A stretch of 64,000 bases of DNA, from sequence record OR258281.1. One strand, given 5' to 3'. The notes below the pieces were generated by a model, which was not told the origin of the DNA, ran no database searches, and worked only from the letters and a program-made list of their open reading frames with translations. Each line of letters starts with the position of its first letter. The stretch's first letter is position 1. This document shows positions 8,571-17,830 of this stretch, in pieces. Position numbers and translations under genes: made by a program.

Positions 8571-9692
8571 ATGAAAAAGAAATATATCGTAGGTGGATTT
8601 TGCCGTGATAAACTGATGGGATTAAAACCAAAAGATAAAGATTGGTTACTCGTTGGTTATAACGAATGGGATGTTAAACAACTTATTATCAATGGCTATC
8701 AACAAGTTGGTGCAGACTTCCCTGTATTCCTTTCTCCAGCAGGAGAAGAACATGCTTTAGCTCGAATTGAACGTAAGGATGGTACTGGTTATGGCGGCTT
8801 TGAAGTACAAACTAAAAACGTTACTTTAGAGCAGGACTTGTTACGCCGGGACTTTACTATTAATGCTATCTGTTATGATCCAGTAAAAAAGGAATATATT
8901 GATCCTTATGGTGGACAAATTGATATTAAAAACAAATTGCTTCGACATGTATCGGATGCATTTAAAGAAGACCCATTAAGGGTACTTCGCCTAGCACGCT
9001 TCCTTGCACGTCTTCCTGATTTTAAAGTACATCCAAGTACTGATGAAATGGTTCGTGATATGGTGAAGAATGGTGAGATCGATCACCTCACTAAAGAACG
9101 TGTTTATGTGGAGTTCGAAAAAGCATGTACTGAAAAAGCACCAAGTATATTTTTCAAGTACCTTAATGATATTAATGCATTACAAGTACTGTTACCTGAA
9201 TTCAAATGCACACAGGTAAATCAGAAACGCATAGATAATATTGCAAAAAACTGTACTGAAGCATTTACCCCGGATTTTATCTGGACCGTTCTTCTTGAGA
9301 AAATGGATCTAAGTAAAATCAAAGGTGGTAATATCGGTAAGATGAAAGTACCAGTTCATTTGATTAAATTCGCAAATACAGTACAGAAACATTCTGATAG
9401 TATTACTAAGTTCAGAAAACTAAAACCAATAGAAATGGTTGAGTTGTTTGACTCTATGAATGTTAAAAACTTAGGTGGTGAAGACTTCCTTTATAAGTTC
9501 TGTGAGTACTTTATTTTGAATAAAGAACTTGATATTGAACATGAAGATTTGATCATTAAGGTATACGATACTTATATTGGTACTGACTTATCTGAGATCC
9601 AAGAAAAGCAACAGAATGGAGATATTACAGGTTTAGAAGCCCGTGATATGGTACGTGAATTGCGTCTTAAACGTGTATCTAAGATGTTTTAA
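8571..9692 (+). CDS. cca: Class II tRNA nucleotidyltransferase (CCA-adding enzyme)
   Basis: YIVGGFCRD, DKD catalytic DxD, DLLRRDFTINA, EDPLRVLRLARF and KERVYVE; no HD phosphatase domain. Confidence 0.9.
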   Translation: MKKKYIVGGFCRDKLMGLKPKDKDWLLVGYNEWDVKQLIINGYQQVGADFPVFLSPAGEEHALARIERKDGTGYGGFEVQTKNVTLEQDLLRRDFTINAICYDPVKKEYIDPYGGQIDIKNKLLRHVSDAFKEDPLRVLRLARFLARLPDFKVHPSTDEMVRDMVKNGEIDHLTKERVYVEFEKACTEKAPSIFFKYLNDINALQVLLPEFKCTQVNQKRIDNIAKNCTEAFTPDFIWTVLLEKMDLSKIKGGNIGKMKVPVHLIKFANTVQKHSDSITKFRKLKPIEMVELFDSMNVKNLGGEDFLYKFCEYFILNKELDIEHEDLIIKVYDTYIGTDLSEIQEKQQNGDITGLEARDMVRELRLKRVSKMF

Positions 9693-9696
9693 TTTG

Positions 9697-9726
9697 TTGA
9701 AACATTTTTAAATAATGTTCTATACT
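9697..9726 (+). promoter_or_regulatory. Recurrent phage promoter (TGAAAC-N17-TATACT)
   Basis: TGAAAC at 9698-9703; TGTTC-TATACT ending at 9726. Confidence 0.75.
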
Positions 9727-9758
9727 AATATCATCTAAGACTATCTGAGAATTTAATC

Positions 9759-10190
9759 ATGCGTCATTCGTGTGGAATTATCTTTTATAAGAATGGTCAG
9801 ATATTAGTTGGACATGCTACGGGTCAGGAACATTGGGACTTACCTAAAGGTAAAACTGAAGAAGGTGAAACATTTAAACAAGCTGCTATTCGTGAGTGTG
9901 ACGAAGAGATTGGGTTTAATGCACTGGAAGAGAATTTAATACTTTTAGGTGAGGTTTCGTATCGTAAAGGAAAAAGATTAGTACTATTCTTTTATGCATC
10001 ACGTAACGTTCCTGATGTGGATGACTGTACCTGTAAAAGTACTTATACCAATCGTTATGGTCAGAATAAACCTGAGTTTGACGAATTCAAGTACATTGAT
10101 GTTCAGGATTGTACTGAATATTTGACTGCTAGAATGTGCAAAAGTATTTGTGCCGCCGTGGAGATTTATAAACAAGGAATAGAAAAATGA
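9759..10190 (+). CDS. NUDIX hydrolase
   Basis: Nudix box GKTEEGETFKQAAIRECDEEIG. Confidence 0.9.
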   Translation: MRHSCGIIFYKNGQILVGHATGQEHWDLPKGKTEEGETFKQAAIRECDEEIGFNALEENLILLGEVSYRKGKRLVLFFYASRNVPDVDDCTCKSTYTNRYGQNKPEFDEFKYIDVQDCTEYLTARMCKSICAAVEIYKQGIEK

Positions 10191-10429
10191 GTTATGAAGT
10201 TAAAATTTATGGTCGTGTAAAAGGCTGTCGTTTTTGTGATACCGCAAAACAAATCTGTGAAATGAATGAATACAAAATGGAATTCATCGATGTTGAAGCA
10301 GAAGGCATTGACGGCCCTAAACTACAGGAAATCTGTGGTGAGCCAGTTCGTACTGTACCACAAATCTTTGTTGATGGTAAGTATATTGGTGGTTGTGATA
10401 AGTTTATTGAGTTTTTAAAAGGAGAATAA
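10187..10429 (+). CDS. Glutaredoxin
   Basis: CRFC active site and TVPQIFVDGKYIGGCD. Confidence 0.9.
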   Translation: MSYEVKIYGRVKGCRFCDTAKQICEMNEYKMEFIDVEAEGIDGPKLQEICGEPVRTVPQIFVDGKYIGGCDKFIEFLKGE

Positions 10430-10430
10430 A

Positions 10431-10862
10431 ATGTTGTTTCAACAGATCAAGGAAGATCGTATGAAGCACTTAGGAAAAGACAGTGTTTCATTTAGTATTC
10501 TAGGATTAGTAATTTCTGAAATTCAGCGAACTACATTAAGTGATGATGTACCCGATGCACAGGTAGTAAAAGTGATTAAGAAACTTAATCAGGGAATTGA
10601 AGAGTCACTATTAGAATTTTGTAAGCATAATGATATTTCTTCAGAAACGGCATTAAAGCTTGTCAAAGAACGTGACACACTTACTTCTTACCTTCCTAAA
10701 CAATTAAGTACTGAAGAACTTACCGAAATCATGCGTAATGTTGCTGAAGAATTTCCAGAATATAAAACAAACAAAGGTGCAATGTTCAAGTTCTTAAAAA
10801 GTAACTATGATTCATTGTATGACGGAAAATCTGCTAACGAGATCTATGGAAAATTATGGTAA
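10431..10862 (+). CDS. GatB/YqeY-domain protein
   Basis: LFQQIKEDRMK...VISEIQ...VVKVIKK...ERDTLTSYLPKQLSTEEL...KGAMFK...YDGK pattern. Confidence 0.75.
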   Translation: MLFQQIKEDRMKHLGKDSVSFSILGLVISEIQRTTLSDDVPDAQVVKVIKKLNQGIEESLLEFCKHNDISSETALKLVKERDTLTSYLPKQLSTEELTEIMRNVAEEFPEYKTNKGAMFKFLKSNYDSLYDGKSANEIYGKLW

Positions 10863-11197
10863 TTAAAGAATTAGGCGATGATATTAATCCGTATATTTGC
10901 AATGATGCAAATCGATACGCATTGAAGTTCACCCATTATACAATTGACGGTACTAAGTACCGTGACTTACAAGAAAAACAGTTCGAAAAGCGTCAGCGTC
11001 TATTAAAAATGGCTGAAGCTGCTGGTGTAGTACTGAAAGAAACTAATGTACAACAAGTAATTGAACGTACTGAAGCCCGTCTTGAATATCTTCGTAATAA
11101 AGACACGTATGATGCTATTTTTGGTGAAGCATTGAAGTCACTTGAACCTCATGAAATCGCCCAATATCTTGAAAACCATATAAAAAATAAATCCTAA
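10856..11197 (+). CDS. Hypothetical protein
   Basis: 113-aa ORF overlapping the previous stop codon. Confidence 0.6.
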   Translation: MVIKELGDDINPYICNDANRYALKFTHYTIDGTKYRDLQEKQFEKRQRLLKMAEAAGVVLKETNVQQVIERTEARLEYLRNKDTYDAIFGEALKSLEPHEIAQYLENHIKNKS

Positions 11198-11268
11198 ATA
11201 ATTATGAAGTACTTCGTAATGTACTTTAATAGTACAAAGTACTTCATATTCTATAATTTAATTTAGGA
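11192..11268 (+). promoter_or_regulatory. Late promoter CTAAATA inside an SD-sequestering hairpin
   Basis: TCCTAAAT (11192-11199) pairs with ATTTAGGA (11261-11268); inner stem tatgaagtactt/aagtacttcata. Confidence 0.6.
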
Positions 11269-11276
11269 GAATTTGT

Positions 11277-11531
11277 ATGCTTAGTTTACGTGAAAGATTA
11301 GCTCAAGGCGTTGTTGATTTCTCAGAGAAAGTAGTAGATGTTCCAAAGAAATCAGAATTTTTAGGTTTGATTACTGAAGATGGTTATTGTGATTACAATG
11401 TACCTGAAGAAGATAAATCATACATTGAAAAGGATAATACAAAGGCAATGAGAATGCAAAGTAGTACACGTGCTCGGAAGCATCGCCAAGAACTCAGAAA
11501 ATTCAGAACATCTGGAAATTCTGGTCATTAA
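11277..11531 (+). CDS. Hypothetical protein, probably monocistronic and late
   Basis: AGGAGA Shine-Dalgarno; basic C-terminus; flanked by a late motif and a terminator. Confidence 0.65.
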   Translation: MLSLRERLAQGVVDFSEKVVDVPKKSEFLGLITEDGYCDYNVPEEDKSYIEKDNTKAMRMQSSTRARKHRQELRKFRTSGNSGH

Positions 11532-11534
11532 TTT

Positions 11535-11559
11535 AAAGGGACTCTTAACGAGTCCTTTT
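11535..11559 (+). terminator. Rho-independent terminator
   Basis: aagggactc-ttaac-gagtccttt followed by T. Confidence 0.75.
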
Positions 11560-11576
11560 ATTTTGGAGAAACAAAT

Positions 11577-11759
11577 ATGATGTTTTGGATCATCTGCGGG
11601 TTGATTATATACGCAAGTACTTTAGTAATGGTAAATCGTAAAATGGGTACTTCGGTTCCTATGAATGATGAAAGTCTATTGTTGATGGTTACTTTTGCAG
11701 TACTTGGTCCAATTTCAATCGTACTAGGAAGTATGATATTAAATGATTTCAATAATTGA
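11577..11759 (+). CDS. Small two-TM membrane protein
   Basis: GGAGA Shine-Dalgarno; two hydrophobic segments. Confidence 0.55.
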   Translation: MMFWIICGLIIYASTLVMVNRKMGTSVPMNDESLLLMVTFAVLGPISIVLGSMILNDFNN

Positions 11760-12201
11760 AGGTGACCTATTCGACTTCGTTAAAAGTTCTGAAGATAAGA
11801 CTATCATTATTGCTCATGGTTGCAATGCACAGGGTAAAATGAGAACAGGTTTTGCTAAAGTACTAAGAGATAAAAACGAAAACGTATTTAAAACATACAA
11901 AAACTCCGGTCACAAATTAGGTACTGCATCGTTCTATGAACTTGAACCTAATGTATTTGTGGCTAACTGCGTAACTCAGGAATTCTATGGTTACGATGGT
12001 AAGAAATATACCTCATATGATGCTGTCCACGACAGTTTCACTGAGTTACAGAAGTTTATAGACCAATTTGATACAGAAGTTTTATTATATTTCCCAAAAC
12101 TAGGTGCAGTACTTGGTGGTGGGAACAATAATGTAATAAAAACCATTATTGATGAAGTCATTGATGACAAAGTAACAAAAATACAATTTATAAAGGAATA
12201 A
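11743..12201 (+). CDS. Macrodomain (ADP-ribose binding or hydrolysing) protein
   Basis: IIEGDLF, IAHGCNAQGKMRTGFA, VANCVTQ and FPKLGAVLGGG motifs. Confidence 0.85.
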   Translation: MISIIEGDLFDFVKSSEDKTIIIAHGCNAQGKMRTGFAKVLRDKNENVFKTYKNSGHKLGTASFYELEPNVFVANCVTQEFYGYDGKKYTSYDAVHDSFTELQKFIDQFDTEVLLYFPKLGAVLGGGNNNVIKTIIDEVIDDKVTKIQFIKE

Positions 12202-12205
12202 TATA

Positions 12206-12505
12206 ATGGCAACTGCAAAAATTCTAGTAATCAACAGTATCGGTCCAGTAGTAGTAGAACTGGTTAAAGAAGAAAGTGATAAGTTCCTGGTACGTAATCC
12301 AGTTCAGCTTTCTCCAGCAGGCGAAGGACAAATGTCTTTCAACCCACTACTTGATTTTATGGTACAAGACGATGAAGTGCATGAAATTCTAAAGTCAAGC
12401 GTTTCTGTTGTCGTTAATCCAAATCCACAACTTGGAGAAGCATATCTGAAAGCAATGAATCCTAACGCAATCATCATGCCTCCTGAGAAAAAATTCATCG
12501 TTTAA
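12206..12505 (+). CDS. Hypothetical protein (small beta-rich fold)
   Basis: 99-aa ORF with AAGGA Shine-Dalgarno. Confidence 0.65.
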   Translation: MATAKILVINSIGPVVVELVKEESDKFLVRNPVQLSPAGEGQMSFNPLLDFMVQDDEVHEILKSSVSVVVNPNPQLGEAYLKAMNPNAIIMPPEKKFIV

Positions 12506-12507
12506 GG

Positions 12508-12536
12508 TTGCATTAGGAGCCGCGAAAAGGTAATAT
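12508..12536 (+). promoter_or_regulatory. Possible sigma70-like promoter
   Basis: TTGCAT-N17-TAATAT with the same -35 as at 2718; lies very close to the next GTG. Confidence 0.3.
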
Positions 12537-12540
12537 ATCT

Positions 12541-12831
12541 GTGAAAAGAAAGTACTATCCTACACCGGAACAGGCACTTACTATCCTTGAGGAAAATTTA
12601 CATGCTAACTTTATCGTAGATAGCATGTATGATATTCCGTTTGTTTATCCTTGTGACCAGACCTGTCATTTCCATTTTGATGTGATGGATATAGTTACCA
12701 CATCCGATCATGATTATGGTAAACGATTGGAAATGGTCAAAGACGAATGGGATAAAGAAGCAATCGAAGATTTTAAGATCCATTTCTACAAATACAAACA
12801 ACGTCATATCGATTGGGAATCTAACTACTAA
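12541..12831 (+). CDS. Hypothetical protein
   Basis: 96-aa ORF with a GTG start; the start is uncertain. Confidence 0.55.
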   Translation: MKRKYYPTPEQALTILEENLHANFIVDSMYDIPFVYPCDQTCHFHFDVMDIVTTSDHDYGKRLEMVKDEWDKEAIEDFKIHFYKYKQRHIDWESNY

Positions 12832-12832
12832 T

Positions 12833-13231
12833 ATGAAAACTCAACTACCAGAAGAAACACTGCAAGTAGTAATCGTCCGTAAAGATTCAAAACTGTCACA
12901 AGCTGGTTTGGCTCTTAGTATTTCACGTGCTAGTATTGAACTGCGTGATAAGTACGATCCTACTCATAAAGACTATGTTGGTCGTTATGAAGAAGATTTC
13001 TTTAAGAAAGTAATGAACCAATGGATTGCAGAAGGTCGTACTCAGGAATATTATGAGGTTGATGACTTTAACGATCTGCTTGAAATTGCGTTCCAGTGTT
13101 CGATGGAATCAGTACCTTCTAGCTTCATTACAAAAGAAGAACAAGACACTGTACATTGTTTAGTGCTTGGACCATTCGATAAGTACCGTCTGGAAGACCT
13201 TGTTCAGTACGCTAAGTACATTCCAGTATAA
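12833..13231 (+). CDS. Peptidyl-tRNA hydrolase II (Pth2)-like protein with degenerate catalytic motifs
   Basis: QVVIVRKDSKLS, W(IAE)G, EVDDFNDLLE and HCLVLGP follow the Pth2 pattern; start moved to the ATG right after the upstream stop. Confidence 0.6.
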   Translation: MKTQLPEETLQVVIVRKDSKLSQAGLALSISRASIELRDKYDPTHKDYVGRYEEDFFKKVMNQWIAEGRTQEYYEVDDFNDLLEIAFQCSMESVPSSFITKEEQDTVHCLVLGPFDKYRLEDLVQYAKYIPV

Positions 13232-13239
13232 TACATTTT

Positions 13240-13280
13240 AATCCTCTAAATATGTTATAATCATAACTGTTTAGAGGATT
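13240..13280 (+). promoter_or_regulatory. Late promoter CTAAATA inside an SD-sequestering hairpin
   Basis: AATCCTCTAAA (13240-13250) pairs perfectly with TTTAGAGGATT (13270-13280). Confidence 0.75.
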
Positions 13281-13286
13281 TTTTTT

Positions 13287-14057
13287 ATGTACGAAGATGA
13301 TAATTCTTCAGTGGATTACCGTGAAGAACTTAAAGGTACTATACAGACCCTTTTAGGCGGTGGAACCGTTGATGTTGAAGTAACTGATGAACAATACGAA
13401 CAAGCAATAACAAACGCAGTACGTAACTATCGTGCATGGTCTTCCAATGCACAGGAAGAAGCTTTCTTGCACATGAAGATGTATGAAAGCGAATCAGTAT
13501 ATACTCTCCCTCGCGAAGTCAGCAAAGTACAAAAGATATATCGCCGTGGTAATGGTGTTGTATCTGGTTCTGGTGCTACTGTTGACCCATTCAGCCTTTC
13601 TTATAGCAATACCTACATGTTAAGTGCAGTGCGTGGTAGTACTGGCGGTGGACTATTAACATATGACCTGTATCATCAATTTGATGAAACTGTTGCCCGT
13701 ATGTTTGGTCGAGATATTATTTTTAATTTCAATCCAGTAACCAAAAAACTTTCACTGCAACGTGATATTCGTGGTGAAGAAGAAGTACTATTACATGTGT
13801 ATCAGACTAAACCTGAAGGATTACTATTTTTAGATGATAGTATATATCCATGGATCAGAGATTGGTCTTTATCCGAAGCCATGTTAATGCTTGGAAGAAC
13901 ACGTGGTAAATATGGTACTATTGCTGGTCCACAAGGTTCAATTACGTTAGATGGTGAATCACTAAAACAAGAAGCACTGCAAATGCAGGAACGTTTAAAA
14001 GAAGATTTAAAACGTTTCCGCGATGGTGGTACTCCTTATGGATTTATTATCGGTTAA
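13287..14057 (+). CDS. Neck protein (T4 gp13-like)
   Basis: LGGGTVDVEVTDEQ...WIRDWSLS...LGRTRGKYGTIAGPQGSITLDGESLKQEA pattern of gp13-like necks. Confidence 0.75.
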   Translation: MYEDDNSSVDYREELKGTIQTLLGGGTVDVEVTDEQYEQAITNAVRNYRAWSSNAQEEAFLHMKMYESESVYTLPREVSKVQKIYRRGNGVVSGSGATVDPFSLSYSNTYMLSAVRGSTGGGLLTYDLYHQFDETVARMFGRDIIFNFNPVTKKLSLQRDIRGEEEVLLHVYQTKPEGLLFLDDSIYPWIRDWSLSEAMLMLGRTRGKYGTIAGPQGSITLDGESLKQEALQMQERLKEDLKRFRDGGTPYGFIIG

Positions 14058-14099
14058 TTACTAAATACCATAACAAAGGTAACATGTTATGGTGTTTAT

Positions 14100-14351
14100 A
14101 TGGAATATGTAAAATACAAAGCCTATCTAGGTGTTGATACATTATTCGACGTAAGTGACGCCGATGAACTATTAAACTCAATGTGTATACTAATAGATTC
14201 AGTTGAGAAAGAACATATAGAAAGTACTTTCGATATTGTTGCTGAATATATTAATCACACTCCTTTCTACTATGCACACGTTTGCATACCGAAATGGTCA
14301 GAAAGTTTGCTCTTTATAAAATTTCCTGAGTATGAATGGAAGATAGAATGA
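14100..14351 (+). CDS. Hypothetical protein
   Basis: 83-aa ORF followed by a terminator. Confidence 0.5.
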   Translation: MEYVKYKAYLGVDTLFDVSDADELLNSMCILIDSVEKEHIESTFDIVAEYINHTPFYYAHVCIPKWSESLLFIKFPEYEWKIE

Positions 14352-14360
14352 AACGTAAAT

Positions 14361-14391
14361 AGGGAAGTACTGTAATGGTACTTCCCTTTTT
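14361..14391 (+). terminator. Rho-independent terminator
   Basis: agggaagtac-tgtaatg-gtacttccct followed by a T-run. Confidence 0.85.
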
Positions 14392-14415
14392 GTATATGGA
14401 AATATGGAGAATTAC

Positions 14416-15102
14416 ATGGAACGTAAAATTATTGCAATTAATGGAACAATTGGGTCAGGAAAAGATACCTTCGCAAAAACGTTTATTACTAACGGTTTTA
14501 CACGAATGTCATTTGCAGAAACACTAAAAGATGCAGTTGCTGCAATATTTGGCTGGGATCGTGAAATGCTTGAAGGTAGTACTGAAGAATCAAGAAAGAT
14601 TCGTGAAAGTGTTGATGAATTCTGGAGTGCTGAACTTGGGTATGAAATAACCCCACGCTATGTTTTACAACACTTAGGTACTGATATACTCCGTGAGTAT
14701 TTTTGTGATGATCTATGGATTCTTAGTCTTAAGCGTAAACTACTTCAGACTAAAGGGAATGTAATTATAACTGACTGTCGTTTCCCTAATGAAGTAGAAA
14801 TGCTTCGTAAAATGAATGCAACTATTATTGAGGTACAACGAGTACTACCAGTATGGTATGAAGATGCGGTGTGGTATAACAATTTCATTGAAGAAAAATA
14901 TGAAGAAATTGCAAAACAAAATTATTATGATGACAGCGAAATACAAATGAAGCTTGAGTGTTATATGCCAGCTTCATTACACCACATACATAAATCTGAA
15001 TATTCTTGGGTTGGTATGAATCATCCAGACTATATTGTACAGAATACAGATGGAATAGAAGAACTACAACAGAAGGCGTTGGACATTATCACTAAGATTT
15101 AA
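14416..15102 (+). CDS. Deoxynucleoside monophosphate kinase (T4 gp1-like)
   Basis: P-loop GTIGSGKD, SFAETLK, TPRYVLQHLGT and ITDCRFPNE; start set by GGAGA spacing. Confidence 0.85.
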   Translation: MERKIIAINGTIGSGKDTFAKTFITNGFTRMSFAETLKDAVAAIFGWDREMLEGSTEESRKIRESVDEFWSAELGYEITPRYVLQHLGTDILREYFCDDLWILSLKRKLLQTKGNVIITDCRFPNEVEMLRKMNATIIEVQRVLPVWYEDAVWYNNFIEEKYEEIAKQNYYDDSEIQMKLECYMPASLHHIHKSEYSWVGMNHPDYIVQNTDGIEELQQKALDIITKI

Positions 15103-15124
15103 CGTTTTCTATATATACATTTTG

Positions 15125-15185
15125 ATCCTCCAATAAATAGAAGTATACGAATATTCGATATACCATTAAACCAAATTTGGAGGAT
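15125..15185 (+). promoter_or_regulatory. Late promoter ATAAATA next to an anti-SD arm
   Basis: ATCCTCCAA (15125-15133) pairs with TTGGAGGAT (15177-15185); ATAAATA at 15133-15139. Confidence 0.75.
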
Positions 15186-15189
15186 TTAA

Positions 15190-17826
15190 ATGGCTGACTT
15201 ACTATCTCCCGGTGTAAGCGTTAATTTTACTGATGATTCAATCAGTACTGCTTCAAGTGCCGGTACAGTGCCTCTATTTTTTATTGCTACCGCTCAGGAT
15301 AAAGTAATTTCTAATAGTAGTACAATCGCATCTGGTACTACTGCTTCTAACGCTGGCAAGCTTATTACCGTAACATCACAAAAAAATGTTTTAGAAACCT
15401 TTGGCTCACCAATCTTCCAGAAAGATGCAACTGGTGCTGTTGTCCAAGGTGATGAATTAAATGAATATGGTCTACATGGACTATATAGCTATATGGGTAT
15501 GGCAAACCGTGCATATGTATTACGTGCGGGTATTGACTTAGCTCAACTACAACCTACTGGCGTAGAACCAACTGGCCCGGTATCTAACGGTACTCTATGG
15601 CTAGATCTAAAATCAAGCCAAGTAGAAGCATATGTTGCCAAAGTTGCAAACCCAACTTCTTTCTATGATTGGACTTTAACTCCAGTAACTTTAGTAAGTG
15701 CTGAAACACTAGCTGCTGTTGATACTAGTCTATTCAACCTAAATGATCTAGTTATCCGTGTAGTACCAAGTACTGGTCAGATGCTAGTATATATGATGAC
15801 TGCTAATGGTCTAGCACAACAGGATAGTGTACTATCTCCAATCAATAAAGTACCATCTGCTGGTAAAGTTTGGATTCGTAGTGGTTATACTCAGAGTGGT
15901 ACTTCTTACTTCGGTACTCGCTTCGTAATGAGTCGCTACCGTAGTACTACTGGTGTTTGGGCTGATGTTCCAGTTCATACTGGCAATAACTTCTATGAAG
16001 TTGAAGCACAAACCGGTAAAATGGATAATACTTACGCTGCTGCTATTTTTGATGCTGACAGTAACAGTTTTAGTCTTTTCATGAACAGTGAATCTAACCC
16101 TACGGTAAGTGCCGCTGGTACTCCACTTGGTGGAACTGCAACGGCTGCTGGTTACTTAACTATTAAGTTCCTAAACAAATCTATCAAAGTACAAGTTCTT
16201 GCACTTAATGATACTATCAATGCTAGTACTATTATTGGTAAACTTGGTTTAGTTGCTGACCTAGTAAATGCTGGCTTCACGTTCACTGGTACTAGTACTC
16301 TAACTATTACTAACAAGAAAGGCTATAGCTTCTCTGTATCACAAAGTGGTGTTGCTTCTTTCAGTACTTCTGAAATTGCACAACTAAGTACAGATGGTAC
16401 TATCAACTATGATATGATCAGTGCTGGTAACTTAGCCGCTTCTGTAAGTGTTCCAACTGGTGCTGCTTCTGAAGGTACTTACTGGTTTAACTTCAGTAAT
16501 AGTGATTCTCTAACTGTAACACTATATACTGCTGATGTTGTTAACGACCAATGGGTAGTTGTTCCAGAAAACAACAAGTATATCCAGCTTGATGAACCTA
16601 ATGCAGACCGTGATTTTTGGGTTAAACCACTATCTCAGGGTATTGAAGGTTATCAGTTCTTCCGTAATGTAAGTGGTGCATGGAGTGAACTAGATCAAAC
16701 TGACCAGAGTACTCTTAAAGGTCTAGTATTTGAAGACTTCTCTAAAGATGTACCTGCTGCTGATCTATTCATGAATGGCACTCTTGCAGTAGATATGGGT
16801 AGAACCGAAGGTGTAGTACTTAAACGTTCTGGTGGTGTTTGGAATGTTGTAAGTGGTACTGCTCTAAATGGTGCAGGTCTATTTGGTCGTCATGCACAGC
16901 GTCAGGTTATTGTAGAGTCCATTGCAAGTGCTATTGTTTCTAACGATTCAATTCGTGCTGAATCTGTAGACTTCAACCTAATTTGTGCTCCAGGTTATGC
17001 TGAACTACTAGATGAAATGGTAACACTAAACACTGATCGTAAGGAAACTGCTTTCATTGTTACTGATGTACCAGCACGTCTAACTCCAAGTGCAACTGCT
17101 GTATCTGCATGGGCTACGAATGCAAACAACGCTGCAAGTAATGGTGATGTAGGTCGTACTACTGCTTATGACTTTGCTGCTCAGTATATGGGTTGGTGCT
17201 TAGGTACTAACGTTGATGGTTCTGAAATTGCTATCCCTGGTTCTTCTGTAGCTATGCGTACCTATGCATACAGTGACAGTGTTAGTTATGTATGGTTCCC
17301 GCCAGCAGGTACACAACGCGGTGTAGTAAGTAATGCTGCAAGTGTTGGTTATATTAATGAAGAAGGTGAATACGAGCCAGTTGTTTACAACCAAGGCCAG
17401 CGTGACACCATGTACACTAATAATATTAACCCAATTGCTATGCGTCCTAACCGTGGACTACTTGTATATGGTGATAAAACTCTAGCTGCTGAAAGTACTT
17501 CTGCAATTAGTCGTGTGAACGTTGCTCGTCTAGTAGTTTATATTCGTAAGCAAATTGCACTACTAGCTGAACCGTTCCTATTCCAGCTAAACACTGCAAG
17601 TACACGTCAGGCATTTACTTCAGTTGTTACCAGTTTCCTAGCTGAAATTGCACAACTAGATGGTCTAACTGACTTCTTAGTAGTATGTGATGAGTCTAAC
17701 AACACCGTTACACGTATTAATCGTGAGGAATTATGGATGGATATTGCGATTGTTCCAACACGTTCAATCAACTTCATTTATGTTCCGATTCGTTTAGTTA
17801 ACGATGCAAGTTCATTAAGTTCTTAA
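15190..17826 (+). CDS. Contractile tail sheath protein (gp18-like)
   Basis: LLSPGVSV N-terminus; C-terminal WFPPAG, LYT/YTNNINPI, YGDKT, SRVNVARL and FLVVCDESNNT motifs. Confidence 0.95.
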   Translation: MADLLSPGVSVNFTDDSISTASSAGTVPLFFIATAQDKVISNSSTIASGTTASNAGKLITVTSQKNVLETFGSPIFQKDATGAVVQGDELNEYGLHGLYSYMGMANRAYVLRAGIDLAQLQPTGVEPTGPVSNGTLWLDLKSSQVEAYVAKVANPTSFYDWTLTPVTLVSAETLAAVDTSLFNLNDLVIRVVPSTGQMLVYMMTANGLAQQDSVLSPINKVPSAGKVWIRSGYTQSGTSYFGTRFVMSRYRSTTGVWADVPVHTGNNFYEVEAQTGKMDNTYAAAIFDADSNSFSLFMNSESNPTVSAAGTPLGGTATAAGYLTIKFLNKSIKVQVLALNDTINASTIIGKLGLVADLVNAGFTFTGTSTLTITNKKGYSFSVSQSGVASFSTSEIAQLSTDGTINYDMISAGNLAASVSVPTGAASEGTYWFNFSNSDSLTVTLYTADVVNDQWVVVPENNKYIQLDEPNADRDFWVKPLSQGIEGYQFFRNVSGAWSELDQTDQSTLKGLVFEDFSKDVPAADLFMNGTLAVDMGRTEGVVLKRSGGVWNVVSGTALNGAGLFGRHAQRQVIVESIASAIVSNDSIRAESVDFNLICAPGYAELLDEMVTLNTDRKETAFIVTDVPARLTPSATAVSAWATNANNAASNGDVGRTTAYDFAAQYMGWCLGTNVDGSEIAIPGSSVAMRTYAYSDSVSYVWFPPAGTQRGVVSNAASVGYINEEGEYEPVVYNQGQRDTMYTNNINPIAMRPNRGLLVYGDKTLAAESTSAISRVNVARLVVYIRKQIALLAEPFLFQLNTASTRQAFTSVVTSFLAEIAQLDGLTDFLVVCDESNNTVTRINREELWMDIAIVPTRSINFIYVPIRLVNDASSLSS

Positions 17827-17830
17827 AATT

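Noticed and set aside
12710-12832. Longer N-terminus for the Pth2-like ORF
   Set aside because: Overlaps the upstream gene by 122 nt; the ATG at 12833 gives a coupled start and Pth2-like size.
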